Positions 29,802-40,718 of a stretch of DNA of 64,000 nucleotides are shown here, piece by piece. The DNA is taken from assembly GCA_002811645.1 (NCBI GenBank), contig PDIP01000122.1, forward strand, positions 96,098 through 160,097. The letters run 5' to 3'. The notes below the pieces were generated by a model. The model had not been told where the DNA came from. It ran no database searches and worked only from the letters and a program-made list of their open reading frames with translations. The stretch is from Corallochytrium limacisporum Hawaii (taxonomy: Eukaryota; Protista; Pluriformea). How positions within the stretch are numbered: the first letter of the stretch is position 1; each line of letters begins with the position of its first letter. The position numbers and the translations under genes are program-made.

Positions 29802-32114
29802 TCATGCAGGCGGTGCCATGGTCGACAGCAGACGACGGTACTCTCCTGGATAAGCATTGCGGTACATGGCAATCGCCCAAGTACACCAGATCATAGGATA
29901 ATTCGAATAATGAATGGCACAGGTGCGGTTGAAGATGCCTACAATCTCCCGCTGAATCCATTCTCCAGTCACGGGCTGCTGTTTATCCATCAACCATTGA
30001 ATTGCCCGGTTGATGGCGGTGGTGTTCGGATGCCGGGCTTCGACTAGTGCCATGACTGCCCAGGCCGTCTGTACCGGAGAGCCGTCCTCGTCTCCATCCT
30101 GCCACTCTCGAGTGGCGCAGGATGTGACATCCTCACTCCAACAGCCGTCCGTCATCTGGTGTTCGATGAGGAATTCACATGCAAGCTCCAGGCCGTCGCT
30201 GGCAGTGCCACGATCGAAGCGTTCGCCATTTCCGTGGACTAGAGCCTGCACGCCGAAGAGCGTGCCGTACGTGAAGTTCACAGCCCAGAATCCTTCCCAG
30301 CTTCCATCTGGACGCTGGCGGCGGCGCATGAATTCAAGACCACGTTCTATGGCGCGATCCACGGTTGTAGCGCTGATCTTTTCGCTAGCGCTGCCGCTGT
30401 TGGTCCGCAGATGGCCTTCCGACCGGTATTGTTGCAGGCAACGCAGGCAAGTAGAGGACAACTCGACGTGCGAATAGTCCACCATAATGTCACCAAAGAC
30501 CTCCGCAGGGTTGAGGATTTCCCACCAGTCGCCACCGCGTTTTTCTTCATAAGTTGCCCAACCACCGTCATCGTTTTGCATTTCAAGGATGCGGCAGATG
30601 CCTTCGTCTAGGAGTTGATTCGGAGGGAAGGTCAGACCATACCGCTCCCGACGCTCTTCTCCAGTCATAAGGGCCATAATTGCCTCAGCACTGCAGTCTG
30701 TGACAATCCAACCGCACTGACGGTTGGAAAAGGGGAACGATCCGTAGCTACTCACGCGATAGTGGCGCTCGAAGTCGGGGATGGGCTGTGGCTTCTGACA
30801 GCTCAACACAAAGCCAAGGCCGGCATCCAGGGTCTCCCTTAGCTGCTTTGAAACTTGCTCCGGTTTCTCATAGTCCAGAACTTCCAACAAGGCCCGGGCC
30901 ATGAAGCTCGCATCCCACAGTTGAGAACCGTTCGTTCCCATCGACTTCAAGCCCTCCGGGCTCATCCACAAGTAATCGTACATGCGTTCAAAATGCCGCT
31001 TCACCATGGGACATTCCTTACCATTGCGAGCTAGGTGGCAGAGCATGTTCATGGCTTTGCTCACAGGACCAATGTCGACGCAGTCTGAGGTACGGTCCTC
31101 GTGGGAGACCTGTTCGTAGATCTCTTCCAGTGCCCATTGCCGCATGGGGGCCCCACTGAATAAATAATCGTACGCATTGATGACCATGGTGGCAGCCTTG
31201 AAAATTGGGTGCACAGGACGATATACGTCCACTTCACACGAGTCCCACTTGGCAGATGACCAGTCGACGTTTTCGAATCCTTCAACAAAGAGATCTTCCC
31301 GAAGTTCGCGCACCAATGCACTTTCCTCGACGCTAAACCGCTTGCCAGCCACATAGCCCATTGGCAAGTATACCATGCGGCTGTGACACCACATACGCGA
31401 CGGGTGAAGCGGGAATTGTTTGGGCAGTAACCAAAGTTCTTGTAGGACTCCATTAAACCCATCCCAGCTGTATAAATTCATCACTGCGAGCCAGAATTTG
31501 CCCCAATTTGGAATGAGTCTCAGACCACCGTGCTCAAGGATCCATTGCCGTGCCATACGCATTTCCTCTCGCTCTCGGTCCACTCCGAGGATACGTAGAC
31601 AGACATATGTTAGACCGGTGCCGAACATGGTCGGGTGCTGACCCACAAATAAACCCCATCCCCCGTACTTGGTGTGACCATCGGCCGCTGGTTCTTCGGC
31701 ATACTGGAAGGTATTGAGCATGTACCGACGGATTTCTTTGACCTGCGCATCGCTAAAACAGAGACCAGCGGCGTAGACTGCAATAATCTCACCGTGAAGG
31801 GTGAAGAGAGGGCCGCCGTAATCTCCAGCCCAGTGACCACAGGAGCTTTGTTGGGCTTTGATCATGTGCAGTGCCCGTGACAGATATGGGTCACCCTTAA
31901 CCACGGATTCGCTGAAGCTTGCGAAGTCCTCGTCACGATGAAAACCCATATGCCAGCGAGTGAGCTCATCCCTTTGGCGTGAAGGCTTCTGGGGTGCGTC
32001 ATATTCCCACCATTGTTGTCCATCGTCCACGTGCAGCTGCCACTTACTGAGATCTGTCTCAGCAGGCAACTCCCGACCGAAACGGCGCCTGTGTGTTGTC
32101 ACGTTTGTTTGCAT
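29802..32114 (-). CDS. LSS: Oxidosqualene cyclase, lanosterol synthase type
   Basis: YGGPLF, MWCHSRMVYLPM, QW repeats (QNDDGGW, QRPDGSW); GTNGSQ and CGWIVTDCSAE give the Thr/Cys/Val lanosterol signature. Confidence 0.93.
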   Translation of the reverse strand: MQTNVTTHRRRFGRELPAETDLSKWQLHVDDGQQWWEYDAPQKPSRQRDELTRWHMGFHRDEDFASFSESVVKGDPYLSRALHMIKAQQSSCGHWAGDYGGPLFTLHGEIIAVYAAGLCFSDAQVKEIRRYMLNTFQYAEEPAADGHTKYGGWGLFVGQHPTMFGTGLTYVCLRILGVDREREEMRMARQWILEHGGLRLIPNWGKFWLAVMNLYSWDGFNGVLQELWLLPKQFPLHPSRMWCHSRMVYLPMGYVAGKRFSVEESALVRELREDLFVEGFENVDWSSAKWDSCEVDVYRPVHPIFKAATMVINAYDYLFSGAPMRQWALEEIYEQVSHEDRTSDCVDIGPVSKAMNMLCHLARNGKECPMVKRHFERMYDYLWMSPEGLKSMGTNGSQLWDASFMARALLEVLDYEKPEQVSKQLRETLDAGLGFVLSCQKPQPIPDFERHYRVSSYGSFPFSNRQCGWIVTDCSAEAIMALMTGEERRERYGLTFPPNQLLDEGICRILEMQNDDGGWATYEEKRGGDWWEILNPAEVFGDIMVDYSHVELSSTCLRCLQQYRSEGHLRTNSGSASEKISATTVDRAIERGLEFMRRRQRPDGSWEGFWAVNFTYGTLFGVQALVHGNGERFDRGTASDGLELACEFLIEHQMTDGCWSEDVTSCATREWQDGDEDGSPVQTAWAVMALVEARHPNTTAINRAIQWLMDKQQPVTGEWIQREIVGIFNRTCAIHYSNYPMIWCTWAIAMYRNAYPGEYRRLLSTMAPPA

Positions 32115-32320
32115 CCTAAACGCTATTCGGTTCTAATGTGTATGCTAACTCTGTATTGTATTTCGTGCGTTTTATCAGCTTCGTGACTATAACTACCTTC
32201 TGCTCCGTGTATTGAACCCTACAATAGATCAGGGGATGGGATGCACCAGCGTAAGAGAAAGGAGCCACAATGAATTCCTTGGCGAGGCCTAAAGTACTTT
32301 ATTCCCTTGCGAACCATCCG

Positions 32321-32331
32321 CCCCCCCCCCC
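32321..32331. repeat. poly(dC:dG) tract C11 upstream of LSS
   Basis: Direct sequence. Confidence 0.8.
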
Positions 32332-32976
32332 TAACCACTACTAAGGGTCTCACGCACCCTTCCTGCCATTGGCTGCATCAATCCCTTCCGAGTCCCCCGG
32401 CCGGGAGTGCGGAATGAGCTGCCAAAAGGAGGAAGAAGGATTGCCCCTTAAAGCCAAACTGTCCCAGGCAGCTGTACGGAAGAAACTAAATTAGACTCCC
32501 GTTCGAAAATTTATATACGGAGTGGATTACGACTTGCTGTTGGTGGCCATATGTGTTCAACCCTCCCCGTTGTGGCAGCGCCAGTCTGTGCCGAATATTG
32601 ACACTGGACCATTACCACACGGTACAAGCACTCACAGTCTAGCCCGGTGTGCTTCTCTGCCGAGTCAATGCTAGGTATGAGTGGCTGACTGCCTTGTATA
32701 CATGCCACATGTGCACTCAGATCTCCATCTCACGAATTTTATATTCATGCGTACATTAATTCCGGCGCCGATTTCAACGTGAAAGATGCCGGCCAGACAG
32801 TATGCTAGAACATCACATGACCAAAAACCATTGCAAAACCTGACCTCTCCAAAGGTCGATGGTGCGGAATGACCTGGGTTATGTAACATCCTCCTCCGTT
32901 TTATTCCACTTTTAGGGTATTCAGGTCTCATGCTCGCAGCTCTATTCCCTGGGACTTATATCTCATTTCGAATATC

Positions 32977-33315
32977 TCAAGATTTATTTTGATTTGTTAA
33001 TGCTTCAAACATCATACGTTCACCTTCTAGTGCTTCCAATTGTTCTAATGAACCGAGAACTTCCTTGAAGAGCCTGGTGGCGACTTCACCAACATAACTG
33101 GTCTCCTGCAACTGGTTTTGCATTGTCGACAGGTTGATTACATCTTTGGTAAGCGTATTGGTATTAGCCCAGAGTTTAGCTTCCGCGGAGCACACTGCTG
33201 CATAGTTTTCATCCAGTTGTTTCGAACTATTTAGTATTTCTTTCTGTTGTTTTACCTCAGTCACATCCTGTGATACTGCACTTTGACGCCTTCGGCTCTT
33301 CAAAAACTCTAGCAT
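32977..33315 (-). CDS. Small coiled-coil protein, possibly a divergent BLOC1S1/GCN5L1 (BLOC-1/BORC subunit)
   Basis: From ATG 33315 (MLEFLKS..., 112 aa), fully helical. Size and register (KEI..S..L.E..A...N..L..V..L..Q..F...L) resemble BLOC1S1 at low identity. Confidence 0.45.
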   Translation of the reverse strand: MLEFLKSRRRQSAVSQDVTEVKQQKEILNSSKQLDENYAAVCSAEAKLWANTNTLTKDVINLSTMQNQLQETSYVGEVATRLFKEVLGSLEQLEALEGERMMFEALTNQNKS

Positions 33316-33647
33316 TGCTTTCTTTTCCGCGCCTACTTCGCTATAAAATTGGGGAGCATCCCGATAAACAAAGCACATCCAGCGTAGTCGATCAGAATAA
33401 CACATTTCATACCTTTGACCGGCATGTTTGTCTCACAAGTGCTACTTCTTGTATGGCAATGCATCGGTAGAGATGCATTTTCCTACAAAGCGGAGGAACC
33501 GCTGCCTGCGAAAAGAACCTGCTATGCAGAAAAACAATTTCGTGGGCCAGAAATTGGGAGGGATCCTCAGGAATTCGATTGTGATACTTATGGGTACGTA
33601 AATATGATATTATCAATATATTCTCCAGCTCATTGGTGTTTCTTAAC

Positions 33648-36600
33648 TTATTCTTCACCTTCGCCCACAATGTCGGCCTCGGCCCTGTCTGCGTCTCCCT
33701 CAGTGTGGGGCTCTTCGGCAGCGTTAGTTTCCGCCTCCTCAGCACCCCCAGTGGAAGGATCGACAGCGGTTTTTGGTGCGCTTGGAGCAGTGGCTGCAAT
33801 GTTACTCAGATTGCTCTTGAATGCCTTCAAGTGCTCGTCGTCGGCCAGCAGGGACATGTCCACCTTCTCTTCTAGTTGGTCAATCCAAGACAGCAAGACG
33901 CGAGCATCCTGGGGGATAAGCAGTCGGCTCAGCTCCTGCACGCACACCAAATACCTGACGTCTGCGTCTTGACTGCCGATTAGTCCAAAGGCACGCTTGA
34001 TCATACGCTTATGTACCTCGTTGACGGCATCCCGAGTCTTCAGATTGTCAATGCCGAAAGTTGGAGCCAGTTTCTTCACGAATGCAATGGCTGAATCATT
34101 GGACTCTTCAAGATGAATTGCTGTAGCTTCAAGGGCAAGCTGGGCAAAGTCAGCCGGTCCATCTTCACGCAGACGTTTGAAGAATTCTCTGTAGACTTGC
34201 TGGAACTGATCCTGGACCTGAGGATACATGGCTACAATGCCCGCAACCGAAACTGTAGGCATAATATCTGTCATTGCCATCTTGAAGACGCACGCAAGGA
34301 CCTTGGCGCCCGCTACCAAAGCCTCCTCAGTAACTTCCTCTTCCTCCTTGAAGACGATGGCGTCTACAACATGTTGCACAAGTTGCGCTCTCACTGTGTT
34401 GCTGGGCGTGATCACATTGAGCTCCATCTCCAGAGCGTGTGTGTTGTAGGTGATACACAGGTCGCACATCGACAGAGACATCTCTGTCATCAGGCGATCT
34501 GATGTATCCGGATTTGTGACAATAGCTTCTATCTCCTCCATGATCTTGGCTACGTATTCTGCAAGTCCACCATCGCGATCCTTATCAGCAGCTGCCCAGA
34601 AAACATTTTGGACCAATCCCTCTACGGCATATGACACAAGGTCATCGGAATCATTCTTGCGGCTCTTGACAATCTCCAACAAGTGATTCAGGATCTCAGG
34701 CTGATTGAGGATCGAGTGATGGAGGATGAGCGCGTGCGCCATGCTGACCGCCAGTTCAACGTCGTACAGGGCTTCCTTCTCGTTCTCAGCAGCAGTCTGC
34801 AGCTTTGCAGTAACGGTTTGGCTGAGCGAGTGCAGACTTGCTTGCATGCGGCTGGACAGAGGCTCACCTAATTTGAGCAGGGTGATATAAGCTTTGCTGA
34901 TTTGCAGGATCACGTCGCGACTTGGGTGCTTGAGGAAGGTCTGGTTGAACAGATTGACAGCAGTTGTGACGGTCTCAATTGCGTCGGCGTCGCCGAGGAG
35001 ATTGATATCGAAGTCTTCGACGAGGCCAACCAGGTTTGCAAAGGCTTCTGCATCGCTGCTGAATCGATCGAGAAAAGCAGACCATTCAGCGAGCACAACT
35101 TGTGTCACATGACGTCGCTTCTCGTCGTAGTCTTTCTGCTGCTTCTGAGTGAACTTTGTGGTACCACGGCGTCCCGGTAGATCTAACTTTCCGCAGTATT
35201 TCTTCACAGAGTACACGAGCATGTCCACAAGAGTGCGCTCGATGTCGGCAGAGATCTTCGGTAAATCGTGAGACTGCAGCAAGGCAACAAACTCTTCGTA
35301 ATTTTTGATGGCCGAGAAAGCATTCCACAAGGTGTCAATGTAGTAAGCACTTTCCTGAACATCCGGTGCCTTGGAGACCATGAAGCTCGCCAACGCCACA
35401 ATATCCTTCTGATCAGTTGTTAAACGGCTCTCCAATTCCCGTGACGCCTTTGCACCCTTTGCCTTCCTAGACGACTTTTGCTTATCCAAGGCGTCTTCAA
35501 TAAACCGAGATCGGGTGTCCTCAACGAGATATGTGCGAAGGTGACGAGCACCGGCCCGACTGATACCACGATCTTCACAGAAAACAAGCAAGCAAATACC
35601 CTCGATTTGCTCCTCGCTTAAAGCGTCTTCGAAGGAAGCGTTCATCAGCTCTACTGTCTTCATGGCTTCAACTGCAACAGATGCCTCGATATCGTTGACC
35701 ATCTCCACAATCCTGGCCTTGAACTTCTCCACAAATAGCCGAAGACGATCCAAATGGCCCTTTTGCATAACGGTGTTCAGAGACTCAAGCGCAGTGTGGC
35801 GAACTTCCTTGGCCTTGTCACTCAGAAGCCATCCAATGTACTTGAGGAACTGATCGCTGAAGAAGTAGTCAGGCAATGCAAGCATCCAAACGGAGAGGCA
35901 TGAGAGGGACATTTCACGGATCTCAGGGGCTGAGTCACGGTAGCGATGTTGGAAGGTACCAGAGAACCATTGCTTTTGTAGAATATCCCACACAACTTCA
36001 TTCCGCTCTTCCATTGACTCCAGCTGTTTTTCCATGTGAGTCCTCCGATCAGTCTTTGTCTTTTTGCTCGAGGTTTTCTTCTGTTCTGTACTAAGTGTCT
36101 TGCGCAACTGTTCACATTCGCGAGTATTTTCGGCAATGTAAGCAACCATTCCGTTCATAATCATGTACGCCACAAACGTCGAAGTGTGACGAACTGCACG
36201 GACATCACTAAGTGTACCCTGAATAACCCATTGTGCAAGGTCATCGATGACAGTGCGATGTATGTTGGAAGAAAGGCTCAGAAGTCGTTGCACGAGGCTG
36301 GTCCAGAACGCATCGAGATTGTTGCGAAGAACCTTGGTTTCCTTAGCGGACGCATTCTTCAGTTTATATTCAGCTCCTGCGCTCTCAGGAATCGAGTCAA
36401 CTATTTCCGCCATAAGTTCTTGTACTTCTGACGCTTCAAGATGCGCTGCACTGCTTACTCCGCTCTCACATCCGCACAATTCCAAGTGAAAATTTATCAA
36501 CTCCGTCACAGCAGCAGCTGATTTCTTCTCTTTGAACAGATCAATGATGTCAGCGACGGTGTTCTCCACGGCAGCATCCGCTTCGAGAAAGAGACCTAAA

Positions 36601-36887
36601 AAACTGTCTTTACGCTTTGCGGGCTTGCTTGCCTGCTTGCGTGCAGGTCGCTTTGCAGGCTGAGCAGGCCCCGTGGCAGCTCGTTTCCCAGAAGATTTGT
36701 TACTCTTGGTGGACTTGCTCTGTTTCGAAGCATTCTGTGCGCCTTGATCATCCTGATTTCGTGTCTTCGCCCTCTTCGGTGTCGTATCTTCTCCAATGTT
36801 TTCCAAGACGCGCTTCACAGGTTGCCGCGACGAGCGGCGTGGACCTTCCTGTGATTCCATAGGTTCTGATAGAGTTAGTGCAGGCAT
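33648..36887 (-). CDS. STAG: Cohesin subunit SA/STAG (Scc3)
   Basis: ELINF..CGC, RAVRHTST, FQHRYRDSAPEIR, FFSDQFLKYIGWLLSDK, FKARIVEM; HEAT-like helical body. Confidence 0.93.
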   Translation of the reverse strand: MPALTLSEPMESQEGPRRSSRQPVKRVLENIGEDTTPKRAKTRNQDDQGAQNASKQSKSTKSNKSSGKRAATGPAQPAKRPARKQASKPAKRKDSFLGLFLEADAAVENTVADIIDLFKEKKSAAAVTELINFHLELCGCESGVSSAAHLEASEVQELMAEIVDSIPESAGAEYKLKNASAKETKVLRNNLDAFWTSLVQRLLSLSSNIHRTVIDDLAQWVIQGTLSDVRAVRHTSTFVAYMIMNGMVAYIAENTRECEQLRKTLSTEQKKTSSKKTKTDRRTHMEKQLESMEERNEVVWDILQKQWFSGTFQHRYRDSAPEIREMSLSCLSVWMLALPDYFFSDQFLKYIGWLLSDKAKEVRHTALESLNTVMQKGHLDRLRLFVEKFKARIVEMVNDIEASVAVEAMKTVELMNASFEDALSEEQIEGICLLVFCEDRGISRAGARHLRTYLVEDTRSRFIEDALDKQKSSRKAKGAKASRELESRLTTDQKDIVALASFMVSKAPDVQESAYYIDTLWNAFSAIKNYEEFVALLQSHDLPKISADIERTLVDMLVYSVKKYCGKLDLPGRRGTTKFTQKQQKDYDEKRRHVTQVVLAEWSAFLDRFSSDAEAFANLVGLVEDFDINLLGDADAIETVTTAVNLFNQTFLKHPSRDVILQISKAYITLLKLGEPLSSRMQASLHSLSQTVTAKLQTAAENEKEALYDVELAVSMAHALILHHSILNQPEILNHLLEIVKSRKNDSDDLVSYAVEGLVQNVFWAAADKDRDGGLAEYVAKIMEEIEAIVTNPDTSDRLMTEMSLSMCDLCITYNTHALEMELNVITPSNTVRAQLVQHVVDAIVFKEEEEVTEEALVAGAKVLACVFKMAMTDIMPTVSVAGIVAMYPQVQDQFQQVYREFFKRLREDGPADFAQLALEATAIHLEESNDSAIAFVKKLAPTFGIDNLKTRDAVNEVHKRMIKRAFGLIGSQDADVRYLVCVQELSRLLIPQDARVLLSWIDQLEEKVDMSLLADDEHLKAFKSNLSNIAATAPSAPKTAVDPSTGGAEEAETNAAEEPHTEGDADRAEADIVGEGEE

Positions 36888-37191
36888 ATTTTTCGATCCT
36901 CGACAAGCTGCCTACCGCAAACTCTGTAGTGTCTCACTGTCGAAACAATATATTTTGTTTAGTACCTGGTTTGAAAAAGCTTCGTGAGTTTTCACCTTTC
37001 GACATCATGTAAAGTGACGAATTTCAAGTTCCGCCTTCAAGTCACCAAAGTCTCAATGGTCTCGGATATATGGATAACCCTCATCGCCCTGGGGGTCTAG
37101 TAACCCTATGTGGGGCCGGGTGATTGCGTTCGAGTGGGTGATCGTCTGTGTAAAGTCTCACTCAAACTGTGCGCTCCAAAACTTTCAGAAA

Positions 37192-37418
37192 TTTGGCGCG
37201 AGTGTTCCGGGCAGAGAGACCACCCCCCGACCCCGGGGGATCCCTTTTTCTGTGCCCCCCTGAGCTGATTTGGCTTTCCTTGGTGGGACTACCGCGTTGC
37301 GTCCAGAATATGTTTCCGTGCGCTTTACAGCATCCTTTGATACTCAGCCAGTTCTTCTTCAATACCCAAAAAATATGGGTGGTCTTGCGCAGGGGAAGGG
37401 GGTTAGTGACTTTCGCGC
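37192..37418. promoter_or_regulatory. Two E2F-consensus sites upstream of STAG
   Basis: TTTGGCGC at 37192 and TTTCGCGC at 37411. Confidence 0.5.
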
Positions 37419-39027
37419 CAATTATCCAAGGGGCCAAAATCTCAACCAAGTTCCCCAAAAGGGATTTGGGAGTGGAGACTTTAATTGTGCAGATCAAGGA
37501 CGGTTTGAATAAATCCATTAGCATACAAATGTCCATTATAGCCATTGACGCGAGTATAATCAACAGTAGAGCAGTTTGATCCCCAGACCACAGATTTTGT
37601 CGTGCTTCCTGCCGAAAATGTACAAACTGCACAAAGAATTTTCAATATCGTGGACGCAGACTAAATTTACATAAAGTGCTCCCTGTCTTGCCAGTAGATA
37701 CGCAAAGAATGAGTTATTATTCATGGCTGTACTACGCAGGGGGATGCAAATCCTATTTGAAATCTAAGCCGTAAAATCGGACCCAATTCTACTCACAATT
37801 TCATTATGTCACATAATCTTTTGGCAAATTGAATTTCAAAATTGTACATTCTGCGGAATTGAATTAATGTTTCTGCTCGTCGATGCTGTAGGTCTGGATG
37901 ATGTACATTGAGCACAATCGTAATTGTTAAGGAATAGTTGTCGTCTCGCAATTCACTTATAAATTTCATTGTTTGTGTTCTGAAAGCTTTACCTTTAGTG
38001 GCGCTTCATTGATGCATTAGTGACTGCATTTTCCAGCTCATTGACACCGGGTTGATTACGTGAACTTATCTTCTGCGATTCACACCGTGTGTTTTGGACT
38101 ATGAAATATTGTTACATCATATATATTTGCAAGTTTATTTTCTTTTTAGAAAGAATTTAAATCTGTTTCCTGTTCGTCAAGCATCACTCACCGGAAACAT
38201 GACATTCTTGGTTGCTCATGCATTTCCTTTTCCGTGGTTTCGCTTCCCCGCGCCTCTTCGCCATCCCCCGCCCCCGGCCGGCACACACAGACACACGCAC
38301 GCACTTGGACCAACCATCCCAACCCCGTTCGGACAATCTCATTCCAGTTGGGCGGGAAAATTTCCTGCTATAAAATAGACTACCACAATTGAAGATGACC
38401 TCTTGTCCCAAAATGACGAGCGATCCCACTGCTGCTAGGAGGACCACCTGCCAAAACAGCGGGAGAAAAATAAAACTCAGCAGGGAAAACAGTCAACAGC
38501 TCTTGCAAAGCATGTAGGTGAGAGTGGCCAGCGGAGAGCTCTGTAGAGTGGAACCTGAATAGCGTCGTACATATAGGCAGCAAATCAATCAACGCCACTG
38601 GGAGACTCTTCGTCATCTCGTGCTGGAGATACGCGTGCGGCACTCGCGTCCCATATTCTCTTGTCTGGCTTTTTCCCCTCAACCCCCTCCCTCCTCCCTC
38701 AGTTTCCACGAGTTGGTGCATTTTCTATTTGTACCTGTAGTCTGCTAAACGTGTTATGGTAGAGTCCTTGGTCACAGATATACGCGCTTTCCTCCTTTCT
38801 GCTGCTTGGTTGGTGTGATCTGCTTTGAAACGAGCACATCCCTCGCTACCCTCCTAGCGACATCACCCCTACTCGTGGAGCTGATTTTCATACAATGCTT
38901 GTGAGTTACTGCTGGATTTCAAGCTATATCACCATAGCTATGGAAAGACCAACGGTAGCATGTCATATTGATGATCTGAAGGCGGCCATACTGGAATGAA
39001 GATTATCCCGGGAAACGGTTCAGCAAG

Positions 39028-40593
39028 ATGCCTGTATCAGACACTGGCAGTACTAGGGTGAATCTGCCGGTGACTGCGGCAAAGCCCGAAGAGGTTATCG
39101 TGTCCATGGATGGTGAATGGATGGAGCATTTCGCATACAATAGCCATGTGGATAAGAATCTTCTCTGTGGCATCTGTGGAGACCCTTTCCTGGACCCTGT
39201 AGAAACCACAGAGTGCCACCACACTTTCTGCCACAGGTGCATTTCACGATGGGTCGCTCAGAAGAGTGTATGTCCCTATGACCAGAACATGCTTACGCCG
39301 GATACGGTCCAAAGGGTAACGGCCGCGATTGTGCTGAAGCAACTTGATGACTTAGAGGTCCAGTGCAATGAATGTGGAAGCGTTTGTGTTCGGAAGGAAG
39401 GGGAGCAGCATCTGCAACGCTTCCATGGTAGTATTGCCTCCACTCCAGCACCGGTCTCATTGTCCAAAGTTGCGAAGAGGAAGGGCAAAGGTAAGTCAAA
39501 TGTCAATGTGTCGGACGATGATGATGAGCCGGGAAGTTCCGAAGTCTCCGCGCAGATTGCTGTGAACTCGACGCTCAATGACAGTGTGGCATCAGAAGTA
39601 CAGTCGGGCAGTGTACTCTACGAGTATTTCCCTGGCATCTACCACAAGCTTCCTGATTTTACTCGGCTCACGAGTAACCAGTCTGGACTAACACAGGGAA
39701 TTGATCTGCATGGCTTACTGGATAAGAATGTGATCAAAAAGTCAACGAACTCAGTGACCGATGAAATGGAAGATTTTGCTGTGCGCTTCACCGGTGAGAT
39801 TCTGATTGAAAAGCATGGTGTCTACACCTTCTACTCCACTTCCAATGATGGCAGTCAAATTTACATTAATGGTTCCCTCGTCGTGGACAACGATGGCATG
39901 CACTACGCTCAAGAGAAGCAAGGCACCGTTGTTTTGGATCCAGGATATCACTTCCTCGCTGTTCACTACTTCCATCGCAACGGCAAATTGCTAGAGGGCA
40001 TCCGTCAGGGACCCGTTCTCTCAGTCTCATACTACTGCCATAGTGACAGCTACTGGGGCTTCCGCCAGACTTTGATTGAGAAGAAGGAGATTCCCCTCAA
40101 TGTTCTGCGTTCCGGATTCAAGAATGAGAAGGCGAAGGATTTCAAGGGTAAGGTTAACCTCAGCTATGGTTCTGATACGGAGGCTGGAGAGCTTGCCAGT
40201 GCCATGGAACAAAGCGAAATGACAGAGAACCAGCGTCTGCGAGAGAGTATTGCTCGTTTGCAGAGGGAGTTGCAGCGAGTCAAGACTGAACGTGACATGC
40301 TCTCGGAACAGTTGAACGAGATTGCCAACAATGTTGGTACGTCCACGCCGAGTTCTTCTACTCCAACTACGCACCGAGAGTCTATTTCTGTGCGTACCAC
40401 GGGCTTTATGCATGCTGGCCGCGATGAACTGGCAGAGTTGTATTTCTCCACTCTAGGCCTGCTGCTTAAGCGGTCTATGGAGTGCGAGAACAGTGTGATG
40501 ATCAACGATTTATGGGAAAAGTGCCAGGACCACGCTATTCCCATCAATGAATGGCCGCAATTCTTCATGAACGAGTTCAGCCGCATTCGGTAA
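39028..40593 (+). CDS. RING-finger + PA14-domain + coiled-coil protein (uncharacterised, putative E3 ligase)
   Basis: RING CGIC..CHHTFCHRC..CPYD; TRAF-like finger LDDLEVQCNEC..HLQRFH; PA14 FAVRFTG..GVYTF..SNDGSQIYING..VDNDGMH..GYH; coiled coil; no signal peptide. Confidence 0.85.
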   Translation: MPVSDTGSTRVNLPVTAAKPEEVIVSMDGEWMEHFAYNSHVDKNLLCGICGDPFLDPVETTECHHTFCHRCISRWVAQKSVCPYDQNMLTPDTVQRVTAAIVLKQLDDLEVQCNECGSVCVRKEGEQHLQRFHGSIASTPAPVSLSKVAKRKGKGKSNVNVSDDDDEPGSSEVSAQIAVNSTLNDSVASEVQSGSVLYEYFPGIYHKLPDFTRLTSNQSGLTQGIDLHGLLDKNVIKKSTNSVTDEMEDFAVRFTGEILIEKHGVYTFYSTSNDGSQIYINGSLVVDNDGMHYAQEKQGTVVLDPGYHFLAVHYFHRNGKLLEGIRQGPVLSVSYYCHSDSYWGFRQTLIEKKEIPLNVLRSGFKNEKAKDFKGKVNLSYGSDTEAGELASAMEQSEMTENQRLRESIARLQRELQRVKTERDMLSEQLNEIANNVGTSTPSSSTPTTHRESISVRTTGFMHAGRDELAELYFSTLGLLLKRSMECENSVMINDLWEKCQDHAIPINEWPQFFMNEFSRIR

Positions 40594-40718
40594 ACATATC
40601 CAACACCTCTTAGTTCTCATTGGGCATAGAAATGCAGAAATGATCTTCATGCGTATGCCTAATAAACTAACTTTTTCTTTATTATGTATAGAAACACAGG
40701 CTGTCTGTTCGCAGGCAA

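Noticed and set aside
37381-37400. TCTTGCGCAGGGG, resembling the U4 snRNA 5' end
   Set aside because: No k-turn stem-loop, stem I sequence or Sm site follows.
37162-37632. 156-aa and 136-aa ORFs upstream of STAG
   Set aside because: Non-ATG starts, overlap E2F/GC promoter motifs, no recognisable fold.
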